NCBI RefSeq assembly: GCF_004010195.1
Contig: NC_057718.1
Coordinates: 58,309,704-58,373,703, forward strand
Reading direction: 5' to 3'
DNA: 64,000 nucleotides
Source of the DNA: Chiloscyllium plagiosum
Lineage: Eukaryota
Below are positions 13,175 through 25,849 of the stretch, one piece after another. The notes beneath the pieces are model-generated. The model was not told the origin of the DNA. It saw nothing but the letters and a program-made list of their open reading frames with translations, and did not search any database. The position numbers were made by a program, and so were the translations under genes. Numbering within the stretch: the first letter of the stretch is position 1; every line of letters begins with the position of its first letter.

Positions 13175-14095
13175 GGTTAAACCCTCCTGAGCAGCTCTAG
13201 CAAATTTCCCTGCCAGTATATTAGTTCCCTTCCAGTTTAGGTGTAATCCGTCCTTCTTGCACAGGTCACTTCGACCCGAAAAGAGATTCCAATGATCCAA
13301 AAATGTGAATCCTTCTCCCATACATCAGCTCCTCAGCCATGCATTCATCTGCTCTATCCTCCTATTCCTGCCCTCACTAGCTCGTAGCACTAGGAGTAAT
13401 CCAGACATTACTACTCTCAAGAACCTCCTTTTTAAATTCCTGCCTAACTCTCTGTAATCTCCTTTCAGAATCTCAACCTTTCCCCTTCCCATGTCATTGG
13501 TTCCAATGTGGACAATGACCTCTTGCTGGCCCCTCTCCCCACAAGAACATTCTGCACCCTCTCTGAGACATCCTTGATCCTGGCACCAGGGAAGCAACAC
13601 ACCATTCTGCTTTTTCGCTGTTGGCCACAGAAACGTCTGTCCAAACCTCAGACTCGAGAATCCCCTAACACAATTGATCTCTTGGAACCCGACGTACCCC
13701 TTGTTGCATTCAAGTCCGTCTCAATACTAGAAACTTGTCTGTTCGTGCTATGTTCCCCTGAGAATCCATCACCTTTTCCAAAACAGTATACCTGTTTGAA
13801 TTTTGTATAGCCACAAACGACTCCTGCACTATCTGCCTACCTCTCTTACCTTTCCTGGAGTTAACCCATCCAGGTGACTGTATCTGAGACTTTCACCCCC
13901 TCCTATAACTGCCATCCATCACGTACTGTTGCTGTTGCAAATTCCTCATTGCTTCTGTCTCTCCAGCCAATCCATTCGAACGGATAAGATTCGCAGCCAA
14001 CAGCGTTTATGGCAGATATAATCCACAGTAACCCTTAAACTCTCTTTAAACTCTCACATCTGACAAGAAGTACATATCACTCTACTAAAGGCCAT
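13175..14095 (-). pseudogene. CR1 ORF1 (Cys-rich N-terminus plus SGNH-esterase-like domain), disrupted
   Basis: MAFSRVICTSCQM start at 14095; VIVHIGTND, VVMSGLL and RRIEQMNAWL in ORF 13325-13600. Confidence 0.85.
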
Positions 14096-15559
14096 TTTTG
14101 CTCCTTCACAATCTACAGACCTAGAAAATAACACCGTCTTATTCCTCTACAAACACTGCCCCAGGTTAAATTAATAGTTATGGCTTATGTTTTAAGTTTA
14201 ATCAAGAGACATATCTCCAAAAACATATAATCAAGAAAGAACCCACTCTACTCACTACTGCAGAATTTCTGTGGGCCACACTTAAAACAAAATACACTTA
14301 TCTGATTCTGAGCTGTGAACTTCGCCCAACAGTTCCTCCAAGATCAGTTGTGAATTTCACTGTTTGTTACTTTTCCCAGATGCACTCCGATGTCCAGAGA
14401 TACCTCATCATGTGCTTCCTTTGTCTGTTCTTCTCCCTTTTAAAACTGCTGTTGTTTTGACTTTTTTCCTCCAAAGTTCCAAAACAATGTAACAGCATAT
14501 AAAACAGTAATTGCTGCTCCTGGGATTCGAGGAAATTAACTCCAGCACCTAAAATACCTCAAAAAAGGAGCAGCTGTTACAGCCAGAATTTTTTCCCAAC
14601 ATCCATATAACTCTTTCTCTTCTCTAGTTTTACCTCCTTCCTGAACTACACCTCTTAAACAATTTCTCCTGTCCACAGAGCAAAGTCTCTATAAACTGAA
14701 GTGAGCTCCATTTGTGAAATAGACTGAATTTCGAAAAACGATTCAGAAGCAAAGATTTGTCATTGAAAATGACACCAGCACCTCGGCCAGTAGCTACAGT
14801 GGCATTGTAGCAAACAAATAGCAACAAGATTTTTGAGCAACTCTCTGACTCTAGTTGGTACCTGCCTCAGTATACTCAGAACTTCAGGTTCATGTTAGGA
14901 CAGGATGATGTGGGTGGAGGGGTGGAATTCAATGCTAGGAGTGGGAGGCATCTTTTTAACACGCTGTGTTCACGCTGAGCATACCAGCAGTGGACCATTT
15001 GGCTTCTTAATATCCAAGATGGCAGCCATTAAGTTGATGCATTGAGCCCAGAGGTGCACATTTACTAGTGAGAACTAAAGGATGCATTTTGACATAGGCA
15101 AGGGTGAGAGATGAATTAAATTATTTTATAGTCTTCCTCCTCTGTTCGTAATGAAGGTAATTAACATTTTTTTTTGTTTCCCTTTTGAAACCAGGCTGGA
15201 GGGTATTTCCTCCTAAATCCTCTGGGCGGAACATTACAGGGGCCTGAGTGATGCGGGCTATGGCGAGATATGTGGCAGAATTGGGTGACATGTCAAGCAC
15301 GGTCCATCTCATTGTTGGGAACAAATTCATAATATCTGTTATACATTTCACAAGCAGTGGGATGAGATTCTCATTAGGCAGTGGGGAGCTGCCAATGGAT
15401 GGTGATTATTACTGGTTAAATTTCTTGTTAACATCACAACTCACCTCATTAAACTTCAACCTCCCATCTAACTAAACTCACCAAACAAGTTTGATGTTGG
15501 GAAAACTTGAGAAGGAAACCAGAGATTCAGTTCTCTCCTTGCTCCGAATCTCCTCCATG

Positions 15560-16480
15560 TTGCATACCAGGTACCAACATCTCAGGTCACATTTCATGGA
15601 CACCACCTGCACCCAATCCAATGTCCACATATACTGGCATCTGATAAATGTCAGCCTCTGAGAGCCCTCATTTGTTCTATTTACAAGATGCTTCGGCGCT
15701 TTAATGCTGCATCTGCATTGTAATGCTGCAGCAAGGACACTGCACACTCAGGCTTGCTAACATAACATTCAATTACTCTGAGAGCTTAACTGGATGCTCA
15801 CAGCATCCCTACTTTGCCTTTGCCTCCTCAGCCAAAGATACTACACTCACATTATTGTTGTCATCGGTCATAATAAGGAGGATAGTCTTAGCTCCGGGGT
15901 TCCCGGTATAGGAACAGCAGCCTCCAATACCAGTCCAGATCAGGCTAGTCAGAGTCAGAACACCCTCCACATCAGCTGAACTATGGGCATCCCATCATCC
16001 ATCATGATCTTTTTCTGCCCTGATGTGGGCTTTTTCCCTTCTGGATTGAGAGAGAGGCAGGTATTATTTCAGATGAAAGTGGGTGACACAACTATTACTG
16101 TTGATGCTGGGAGGGAGCATGAGGGGTTAGTGGTGTAGGGGATTGGGGTGGCTGAGAGTGAGTGGGTGGGGGAGGGGAGGGGGGAGATGTTACAACCAAT
16201 CGTGAGAATGGTAGAGCATGAACCTTGATGGGAGGTCAGTACAGTGGCAGAGATGGAGTGAGTGTGAGATATTGAAGAGAAGAGGGTGGCACTTAGCCTG
16301 ACGGGGTGGAGAAGGACTCTGACCTACTTTAACAGTTCTGAGCTTTTCTCCAGATGGCTAGGACTCCATTGTGATCTCCACTACTGGTTCTTGGGCAAGA
16401 GGAAATCCTGTCCCATCCAATAGGACTTCCAGGAAGCTGCCCACAAAGCAGGGCATTGATTTTCCCTTTGTGTCATGTTT
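15560..16480 (-). mobile_element. Degenerate Harbinger transposon remnant (Myb/SANT-like accessory gene pieces)
   Basis: Minus-strand MTQRGKSMPCFVGSFLEVLLDG (~16475) and KAHIRAEK..GMP (~16030) resemble Harbinger Myb-like proteins. Confidence 0.45.
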
Positions 16481-16914
16481 CGGGCAAATGCCAGGAATTG
16501 TGAATGGTAGCTCCAGATTGAAAGTACTTATGCACATGCATAACAGGCTTTCAAAGATGGTGAACTCTATGACATCTGCAGTGCAGAGAGTTATCCTGGG
16601 AATGAGGTACAGTGTGAAGGGCAGAAACTGGACATGAGAGATGCTGTAGATTTGTGTTGGTAATTAATAATACAAGTTTGGTAAGATGTGACAAAAGAAC
16701 TTGCTTTGCCTTATGGCACCAAACCCTCCAAAAAACTCAGTGCAAACTCAGACTGAGCCAAATCAATCGTATGATTCAACCCTCTGTTTTTGAAGTCCAA
16801 TTACCACATAACTTGCACCATACTCTTTTTGACATCAAACAAATAGATGGGGTTTATTCAAGTATTCAAACCTGAGGGATATATTTTCGCAAAACATACA
16901 TAGAAGGTAGAAAG

Positions 16915-17073
16915 GAGAAAGTGAGGACTGCAGATGCTGGAGACCAGAGTTGAACAATGTGGTACTGGAAAAACACAGCAGGCTGAAGAAGGGCTTATGC
17001 CCGAAATGTTGATTCTCCTGCTCCTTGGATGCTGCCTGGCCTGCTGTGTTTTTCCAGCACCATATTGTTCAAC
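16915..17073. mobile_element. Mini fold-back PLE with hammerhead core (16983-17014, plus strand)
   Basis: Inverted arms; CTGAAGA-A-GGGC(TTAT)GCCC-GAAA; perfect 13-bp TSD agaaggtagaaag at 16902 and 17074. Confidence 0.85.
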
Positions 17074-17297
17074 AGAAGGTAGAAAGAAGACTAAAGAAGG
17101 TACAATTACAATAACTTTTAAAAACTGATATGGTAACAAATTCATGTGAGTCAGAGTCTATTAAGTCAATGTCCATGCTGTTAGCTGGCCTGGCAGAATT
17201 TATTTGTCATGATTTGGAGAAGCTGGTGTAGGACTGGCGTGGACAAAATTTAAAATCACAGAACAACAGGTTATAGTCCAACAGGTTTATTTTGAAA

Positions 17298-17332
17298 CAC
17301 TAACTTTCGGAGCATTGCTCCTTCATCAGGTA
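17298..17332 (-). ncRNA. Minimal hammerhead motif (PLE family B)
   Basis: UAC-CUGAUGA-A-GGAGC(AAU)GCUCC-GAAA-G-UUA/GUG. Confidence 0.75.
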
Positions 17333-17729
17333 GTTGTGTAGCAGCACCATAAGACTCAGAATTTATAGCAAAAGGTTACAGTGTCATGAGGCTGAAATAT
17401 ATTAAACAAACTTAGATTAAGTCTTTCATCTGTTGGAATGGATTTGCAAGTTTTGGTTCGTTCATATGTAACTCCCAGAACGCCTTTTAAGTCACATTCT
17501 GAAGATAACTTCAGGTTTTCTAACAAAATATGTCAGCTCAGCTCAGACAATGCATTAAAGGTGTGAGGTTAAAGTCGGTCTGTGTCCTCATTTTGATTGG
17601 TTCTATTTCTAAAGTGGGATTTACAGAATCTTACATACATTGACTGTAGGTTATGCATTTTTTGAGCAAAATAAGATATAATACTGCAAATACAGATTCA
17701 CCCCATAAACCTATATGCATATGCAAGCA

Positions 17730-17935
17730 GGAGAGACTGTGTGTGTGTGTGTGTGTGTGAGAGAGCTTGGTAAAGTATGTGTGTGAGTGTGATGGGGTAT
17801 AAGCCTGTAAGAGGGTGTGTGCGTGGGTGTGAGTGTGGGGGGTGTTTGTATATACGTATGAGAGAGGGATTGTCTGTGTTAGTGTGTGAGTAGGAAGGAG
17901 TATGTGTGTGTGTGTCTGTGTGTGAGGGAGTGTAT
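17730..17935. repeat. Imperfect (GT)n/(GA)n microsatellite tract within the PLE 3'UTR
   Basis: Directly visible. Confidence 0.9.
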
Positions 17936-18424
17936 AGTGCAGTGGGGTCACCTGTAGTGTGAACCGAGCCCAAGGTTCTGGTTGAGGCCATCCCCATGGG
18001 TACCAAACTTGGCTAGCAGCCTCTGCTCGGCTACTTTGCATTATCCGCCTTGGAGGATGGTCACCCAAAGGTCTGACGCCGAATGTCCTGGATCGCTGAA
18101 GTATTCCCTGACTGGGAGGGAACACCCTTGCCTGGTGATTGTCGTGCGGTGTCCATTCATCCGTTGCTGTAGCCTCTGCTCGGTCTTATCAATATACCAT
18201 GTCTCAGGGCATCCTTACCTACAGCGTATGAGATCGACAACGTTGGCAGAGTCACATGAGTACTTGCCACGTACATGGTGGGAGTCGTCCCCACATGTAA
18301 TGGTGGTGTCCATGTTGGCACACTGACACGTCTTGCAGAGACTGCCATGACAGGGTTGTACGGTGTTGTGGTCAATGTTGTCCTGAAGGATGGGCAGAAC
18401 TGGGCAGAAAGTTCCATCCATGCC

Positions 18425-18635
18425 ACTCACCATTGTGATGTAGAAATGTATTGCCATTCCTTCACAGTTTCTGGGACAAAATTTTGGAATTCCCTCCTTG
18501 ACAGCACCATGGATGTACATGAACCCCCAAACGGACTGCAGCAGTTCAAGAAATTAACTACATGTTCTGAAAGGCTATTAGGGATAGGTAATAAATGCCA
18601 GGGAAGCCTGCATCCCATGAATGAATGAAAAAAAT
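18425..18635 (+). mobile_element. 3' end of RTEX-like LINE
   Basis: SFTVSGTKFWNSL..GLQQFKK then cccatgaatgaatgaaaa tail. Confidence 0.7.
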
Positions 18636-19311
18636 ATTCGTGTGTTTCCCAACCATCAGCTTCCAGGAGTTGCCTGGCAAATCTTCTTACTGACCTAGCC
18701 TTTTAGCCTCCACTGTCCTATATCTATATAATAGACTTATCGAATTTCAGGATGCTTTTCTCTTAAGTTACTCAGGATTTGATTCCCAGCTCTAACTGTT
18801 TTGTAGATTGCTAAAATCACAGCAGCTTATCACTTTGACCGGACCTGCATATTACCTGACCTTCTAGATGATTGTGTCATTCTGTGATGTTGGAATCTAA
18901 ACAATGATTTTTTTTTTTTTTTTTGCTTTGCTCTACCTTTGTTTCTACAATACTGACCGATTCAATGCAAGCGTTCCGAAACCTCATTTAAATGCATATA
19001 AACAAACCTCCAGATTAACCTTTATTACTCAAGAACTCAAAAACGAAACTTAAGTGACATCCTTATCTTCTTAACATATACAGTATAGAAATATGAATCA
19101 AACTTAATGCTTTGCAAAGCTCTTCCTATTTAGGACTCAAGTTTCAAATTGTAACAAGAATATTTCATGAACCTTCATCACATGCTTAAATATGCTTCAT
19201 GATTGCATCATTGTTGTCTTTCAGACAAGATATTAAACTTACTTGAAGAAAGGTAGTAAATTTCCCAACTCCCTGCTATTATTTATTCCTTGCCCAACAT
19301 CACCAGAAGGT

Positions 19312-19422
19312 ATTTTCTAATCAAGCTGTACAGAGATGTTATTATACATTTCTGGAGCAGGTCAGACTTGAATCTAGACCACTTGGCTCAGAGGTAGAGA
19401 CACTATCACTGTTCTACAAGAC
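19312..19422 (-). mobile_element. Short tRNA-derived SINE
   Basis: tRNA-like head plus tgtataataacatctctg tail; related copy at ~48640. Confidence 0.55.
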
Positions 19423-19424
19423 CA

Positions 19425-19602
19425 ACCCCCTTAACATGACCGGAATAGATCAACCAGTCATTGGTTTCATTTGCTGTTTGTAAATTGCCTGATGTGTCTG
19501 TTACATAGCAACAGCACTTACACTTCAAAAATAATTTGTTAGTTGTGGAATGTTTTGCGATGTTCTTGGAATATGAACAATGCTCTTTCAATGCAAGTCC
19601 TT
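19425..19602 (+). mobile_element. DeuSINE (SacSINE1/AmnSINE-like) 3' tail
   Basis: ttgctgtttgt..caacagcacttacacttcaaaa..aatgcaagtc matches the remembered DeuSINE tail. Confidence 0.6.
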
Positions 19603-21049
19603 CAGAGCAGAATAATGTTTGCATATTGTTTGGAATGAATGCAGGATCAGTTTTGAAATCATGTGAATAACATTAATCATATTGATGGATTCTCAATTCA
19701 GTGCCGTCAGTGCTAATAATGCATTCCTATATGGCAAAGAATGCTATTCTTACCAACTCCCTTCACCCCCCCCCCCCCCCCACACACACTTGGTTCTGCG
19801 ATCATAATAAAGAACCACTTTTATGTCGATAATTTTCTGGAGTATTGAGATGACAGCTTTAACTACAGGACAAAAACAGAAAAGATGTCAGTTGCGAACA
19901 TTACAGTCTTGGTAGCTTGAAAGTATGACAGCAAAGTATTTAAATGAGATTTATGTATTTATTTGAATGAGTCTTGATTAATTATATGCCATAACTTTAT
20001 TAGAACAGTTCTTTTATGTCATGGCATACACAACTTATCAAGAGCAGTGGCATTACCATTCACAGCGAAAGTCTGCTCATAAAACAAAGAAATTACCTTT
20101 TTTTAAGACTAGGAACTTATAAATATTGCCTATTTAAGCCTCTTGAACTGCATTTTATGGTCCAGGTGACTTGTAACTTATTTGTTAAGTGCCTATGAGA
20201 GTAGATTTAAGTGAATTTTGATATAATTTGGAAATCAAATCCCATGAGAAAATGTTCGTAGCTGGAGTATGATTTTGCTGTTACATGCAAAAGTAAAATT
20301 GTTTGAGGACTGATATTTACAGTGAGCCAATATCCATTCAGTTGAGAAAGGCACTGTATAATACCTGATAGTGTCTTCACTTTTACATGAGTGTAGTACC
20401 AACACAAATGGAACCCATACTGCTGCTGCCGCAGTACTCAGCATGAACTGATATCATATTGCCCTGCCAAAGAGGAGTTACACTTGGCAGGGCATAGCCA
20501 CTGCTGACCGTTTGTACTGACATTACAAATGGGTACTGCACAAATGGAGCATCAAGAAAGCAAAAGTGTTCCAAACATCACAGATTTGGCACAAGTGGCC
20601 TTAGACCAGGCAAACAAGAGAGGATAGGACATGTGCTGTAGGCTGATGAGCTCCATGGTTTTCTATATGTTAGTCTATGTAATGTAGACAACTGAGTCAG
20701 GTTCATATTAGTCAGATATCTGGAAGCTTATTAACAACCAATTAAGTACACTATCATAACATCTCAGGCTTACATATACAGTTCGGGTGCTGTTTTTACT
20801 TAGTTTACTGTTACATTTACTGACTCAATAATGAATGGCCACTCACTTGATTGCCAGTTGAATATATGAAGAGATAAGATGAAGGCTTTTTGGATTAGAA
20901 TGTCACCATGTTGTGATGTCATCTAGCCCTCTTAAAAGATACAGTTTCTTTCTGAGAACTGTGCAACAATACATCTCACACTTTCCCATTGAAAACTAGG
21001 AAAGCTGTTCAGATAAAGATGTACAAAAATATACAATAATATGTTATGC

Positions 21050-22860
21050 TTACACAATAAGATAATGCTTTGTTGGACATACAATATGTCTGGATCTAGT
21101 TCTCATTGAATATCATTACTCGGCTATGTAACTTCAATCTGCAGTGAGCCATTTGTCATTGTGGATGGATGTGTATCTAGCATTATGGATGACTGGTTGC
21201 TGTCTGCAATGATACTTCTAGTATCACAGTCATTACTTTCACTGAAGGAGGGTGAGTTATGTACAATTCATATATGTCACATGTTTTGTAGCAGGATTTG
21301 ACCATTATTTGTGACACAATTGTATGACCTGGGATGTACACAATGTCATAGTACCCTTCCACAGGCAAATGTATTCATCCGAAGATTTTAAGTTGGGATA
21401 TGCTCATTGATCTTGATTGTGTTCCATTTTCTTTCTTCTTTCCAACACTGCATGTGGATGGAAGGTAAGAATGTGTGATTAAAGGGCTGTTTGGATCTGT
21501 CATCCAAACATGACAGCTATTGGTGAGGGTAGGAGTAGTACATAGATTTAACATGGCTATCCAGGAATCTTGGTTAGTAGCATTACATTAAATGGTCATG
21601 GGCTTCATCATTACCTACATGTCTTGGAAGGGAGTGTTAGTGTATTGCAGACTGTTGACAGAACCTCAAACATACCGAATAGGACAGTTAATGCATCAAC
21701 ATCTGCTGCACAACATTTTTAAAATTGGTCTCACAGAAAGGAATTTGGTAAAATAGTCAGTCTCACCAAGAGTAATCATTTCCTGGGACATGGAAAATAT
21801 TAGTCGCAATTTAGCTCCACAGCTCAGAAGGAATTTTATGTAGATTGGGCGATTCCCTTGAGAGTTGATGTTCATGGAGTTGACACTTTTCACATAACTT
21901 GACCAGTTAAACAATGTTGTTATTGGTGCTGAACCAATAGATGAAATCTTCTGCCAAACTCTTGAATTTTTCTATGCCCAATGATTTAATTGTGTATGAT
22001 CAAGCATACAGCTTGTAGAATAACTTTTTTACCTTTGAAAATTACATTCCAAGAGAATCCAAAATAATCTCAGCATGACCAGAAGGAATGTGTTTGTTCA
22101 GGGACCTGTCAAATATGATTGAGCTATCCACTGAGGATGATCTTCTTGAGCTAGATATCCTCAGATGGAGCTTGCTATATCTGCTCAGCTATGATCAAAT
22201 GAATGCGATCAGTGTAGAGACCACTTAAAAACTCAGATTCAACAATATCCACTTGTAATCCTTGGAGATTATTTTTGTTCTTAGCTTAATTTGGAAGTCT
22301 GCTAAGAGAATCAGTACTATGAGCCTGGTTTGTAATGTACTTCAAAATCATACCTTAGGACAGGTAGGTGTAGTACTTGTGGAGGTGCACAGCAAGGAAG
22401 TTATCAACACATAATTTATAACGGTATGTTGTTGGTAAGAACATTTGCCAAATTAGTGTTTATATAAAACCTTTGTATTCTGATAACGAGAGCAAATATT
22501 TTGTTTTCATTGTTGGATTAGTTCAACAGAGCTGTCGTAAGGACTTTGAAACCAAGTGCAATGAGGTCATCATCTGAAAACAGACAAATGTCCAGGCCTT
22601 TCTGGGATTCATCAATGTACAATATGATAAGTTTAGAGGGATCATAATATTGCAGAACACTTTTGTGGAAGATAAAACATTTGGAGAGATTGAAAATGAC
22701 ACTGTTGACCTTCCAGAATATCTCTGTATCTCTGCAGAATAAATCTCCAAGAGGAAAGACTTATGTCACAGAATTCAGAATATAAGCATAAGAAACTGAG
22801 GCATCTTTGCAAGTTATCTTTGACTTGTATTGTTGACATCTTTTATATGTCTTCTATCTT
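21050..22860 (-). mobile_element. Degenerate Gypsy pol remnant (RNase H plus integrase)
   Basis: KVLQYYDPSKLIILYIDESQKGL (~22640); RYDFEVHYKPG (~22340); HHCC-like zinc finger GIEK..IYW..CEKCQ and TDYFTKF (21750-22000); RTRS tail (~21090). Confidence 0.75.
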
Positions 22861-22877
22861 GTCAGGATCAGGTCTAA

Positions 22878-23084
22878 AATAGAAAAAGAAAAACAGAAGT
22901 TGCTGGAAAAGCTCAGCAGGCCTGGCAGTACCTGTGAAGAGAAATCAAAGTTAACATTTCAGGTCCAGTGACTTTTCCTCAGAAATGATATCTCTTCACA
23001 GACATTGCCAGCCTTGCTGAGCTTTTTTAGCAACTTCATTTTTTGTTTCTGATTTACAGCATCTATGCTTCTTTCGGTTTTTAT
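22878..23084. mobile_element. Mini fold-back PLE (family C) with degenerate hammerhead at 22950-22985 on the minus strand
   Basis: Inverted arms; perfect 10-bp TSD tcaggtctaa at 22868 and 23085. Confidence 0.85.
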
Positions 23085-23160
23085 TCAGGTCTAATATGAT
23101 TTGAAGAGCATGTTGATTTGACTTGGTTTGTCTCAGCTCATGGTGATTTGACACTTCTTG

Positions 23161-23437
23161 AAATTGGAATTTGAATAGTTATGGGCTTGTTTTGTCTCAT
23201 GATATGGAGGTGCTGGTGTTGGACTGGGGTGGACAGAGTTAAAAATCACACGACACCAGGTTATAGTCCAACAGGTTTATCTAAAAGCACAAGCTTTTGG
23301 AGCACTGCTCCTTCATCAGGTGAAGTTGCCTGACAAAGGAGCAACAATCCAAAAGCTTGTGATTTCACATTTTGTCCAACACCGGCATCTCCACATCATG
23401 GGACAAAATAAGCCCATAACTATTCAAATTCCATTTT
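23161..23437. mobile_element. Fold-back PLE family B derivative with two decayed hammerheads
   Basis: 64-bp inverted arms at 23161-23224 and 23374-23437; matches the terminus at 17206. Confidence 0.82.
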
Positions 23438-23496
23438 AGCCCTTGGCCCATGGGCTTATATGCCTTGACATTACAAATGCACATCTGAAGACCTTT

Positions 23497-24245
23497 TCAA
23501 GATGGCAGTGATAGAGTAGACAGCATCTGGCCTCCTGTCCCTAGGCTTGACCCCTTGGTCCACTACTTCTTTTCCCTTTCTCCCCTTCTTCTTAATTTAT
23601 TTTTAGTTTTCACATACTTATCTTTTAAAGAGAGCTCTTTTGGTAAGCAGGAGGCTTTGATAGGGTCTTGAGCTATGGTGTCTTCAGTGACAGTGTGGCT
23701 ACAGAGTCAGTTGTCCTGTGAAGCCTGGAGTGCCACTCTTGCTTTGGAGCGGTGTGGGCTGGTGAAGCCCAGAGCAGGCCTCTGGATGCAGCACAGCGTG
23801 AGCTTGTGAAGACCAGAACAGCCCTCAGACTGCAGCACAGTATGAGCTGGTGAAGCCCCGAGCAGGCGTCTGGCTGCAACACTGCGTGAGCTTGTGAAGC
23901 CCGGAGCAGGCCTCTCGCTGCAGTACGGTGTAAGCTGGTGAAGCCCAGAGCAGGCCTCTGGCTGCAGCACAGTGTGAGCTGGTGAAGCCCAGTGCAGACC
24001 TCTGGCTGCAGCACAGTGTGAGCTGGTGAAGCCTAGAGCAGGCCTCTGGCTGCAGAATGGTGTGAGCTGGTGAAGCCTGGAGCAGAATTTTGGCAGCAGA
24101 GAAAGGAAAGTCAGATTCTCTTTGTTATCTTTCTTTATTTTTTAGTTTATTTTAAGTTAAAAAGAATGGCACTGATGTATGGTGATGGTACAAACATTTC
24201 ACTGTATTTTATATTGAATACTTGTGGCATTAAATGATTGCATTT
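23497..24245 (+). mobile_element. Putative non-autonomous non-LTR element (Rex1/L2-like ends) carrying a minisatellite
   Basis: Starts caagatggc, ends tttcactgta..tgtggcattaaa; interrupts a CR1; no ORF. Confidence 0.45.
23717..24090. repeat. 44-bp minisatellite, about 8.5 copies
   Basis: (g/t)gtgaag recurs at 23717, 23761, 23805, 23849, 23893, 23937, 23981, 24025 and 24069. Confidence 0.93.
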
Positions 24246-25849
24246 AATTTTTAAATGTCATTAGGGTTTCTGCCTTTACCACCCTTACAGACAGTGAGTT
24301 CAGATTTCCAACATCCTTTCTAAGTGAAAGAAATGTTTCCTCAGATTCCCTTTAAACCTCTTGCCCCTTACTTTACATCTATGCGACTGGTCATTGACCC
24401 ACCCACCAAAGGGAAGAGTTTCTTCCTGTTTACCCTATCTATGACCTCACAACTTTATACATCTCATCCATATCTCTCCTCAGTCTTCTCTGATGTAAGG
24501 AAAACAACCCTGGGTTTTCCAATCTCTCTTCACAACTAACACTCTCCAGTCCAGGCAACATCCTGATAAATCTCCTCTGCATCCTTTCCAGTGTAATCAA
24601 ATCCCTCCTATAATGTGAATTCCAGAACTGCACACAATGCTCTAGCTGTGACCAAACCAACAATGGAAGGAATGTGCAGTAAAGAAGTGAAAAACTCTGC
24701 TGAGAACATTTACCATTATCTTTCGCACAAAATGCAAAGTGTCACATTTTGCAGAAGTCTGACCATTGCAGTTGCTGGAAGTTAGCGTAAGGAGCAATAG
24801 GAAAATTGAAACTAAGAACAAAAGATGGAACATGCAATATTAACATGAGATCAGTGCTGTAAAGCAAGCAGATTCTGAACAGGTTTGGCATATGTGAACG
24901 TTAGTGCCTGTATGACATGCAACCCACTTTGCACCAGTATTAAATTTGGAGGACAAATTGAGTGTTAAAGACCAATTGACACTGAAGCAAAACAAAGTAA
25001 GATTTCCCTAAAGAGCAAAGTATTCATGAAATAGTTGACTGAGTGTCTATTAAGGTTGGAAAGGGCCCATGTATTTTTATTCTGGCTCAAGAGATTTTGC
25101 TGCAGCTGGTATAACATTGTTCATTGTTGCTTTTGAAGGTGACCATGCCCTCCTTCTGTTCAGGCTACGAAAGACATAGGCCCAGGGCTCTCAATGTCAC
25201 AAACAAAGTTTCAGTTGTGCTTGGTTTCTCAATTGCTGCATTCCCTTCAAAGTGATGGTCAATATTTAGCACGGTAGATATACCAAAGTTGATGTGTGAC
25301 AACTACCTGTCTGTCAATGGATCCTGTGATTTATCACCAGAAAATAAATTAATGTTGGCTGCAGAACCCTCCTTCAAATGGTCACACAGTTAATAATATG
25401 GCAGGAAGTGACAGTTTGCAGGTTATTAAGTGAGTGGATAGTGAAGTAACAGTTTTCCTGTTATTAAGGGGCTTTAAATTATTCGCTGGACTACTCCCCC
25501 CATACATTCAGGACTCACAGCATTCATCCTGGCATATTAAATCTGGATAGTGAGCTAATATTGGTGGGGTTGAGGGGAAATGGGCCTCTTCTCCACATCC
25601 TCAGTCACTTAAGCAGAGAGAACGCTGAGAGAATTGAATTTTCCATGACTACGACAGTCTTTTGAAATATTGTAAATGATATGAAAGTATGACAAACGAA
25701 TACATTTAACATAAACAAGATACAGGTCAGCTAAAATCTTATGTAATGGAGGAAAATGCTCAAGTTCCTATGTTTCTAAGTTACACTAAAACTTAGCAAT
25801 GTCGAGGAGCACATTGAGTGAGCACATGGTCACCTTGTGAAGAATATTT

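Larger units (their letters stand above)
10698..14610 (-). mobile_element. Near full-length CR1 (HER1-like, family A) LINE lacking its 3' end
   Basis: 5'UTR, ORF1 and ORF2 motifs in order; frameshifts and an internal deletion near 11975. Confidence 0.95.
17206..18390 (-). mobile_element. 5'-truncated Penelope-like element, Neptune type (Cys linker plus GIY-YIG endonuclease)
   Basis: CHGSLCKTC linker; YSCDSANVVDLIRC..WYIDKT..QRMNGHR..GLN; (CA)-rich 3'UTR; hammerhead in terminal repeat. Confidence 0.88.
23440..24660 (-). mobile_element. CR1 3' fragment, interrupted by the insertion at 23497-24245
   Basis: LEHCVQFW..LERMQRRFIRMLPGL (ORF 24439-24663). Confidence 0.8.

Noticed and set aside
23717..24090. 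Regular repeats as a CRISPR array, or ORFs 23673-24014 and 23707-23970 as repeat proteins
   Set aside because: Contiguous tandem units with no unique spacers, eukaryotic context and no cas genes; the ORFs are by-products of a stop-poor repeat
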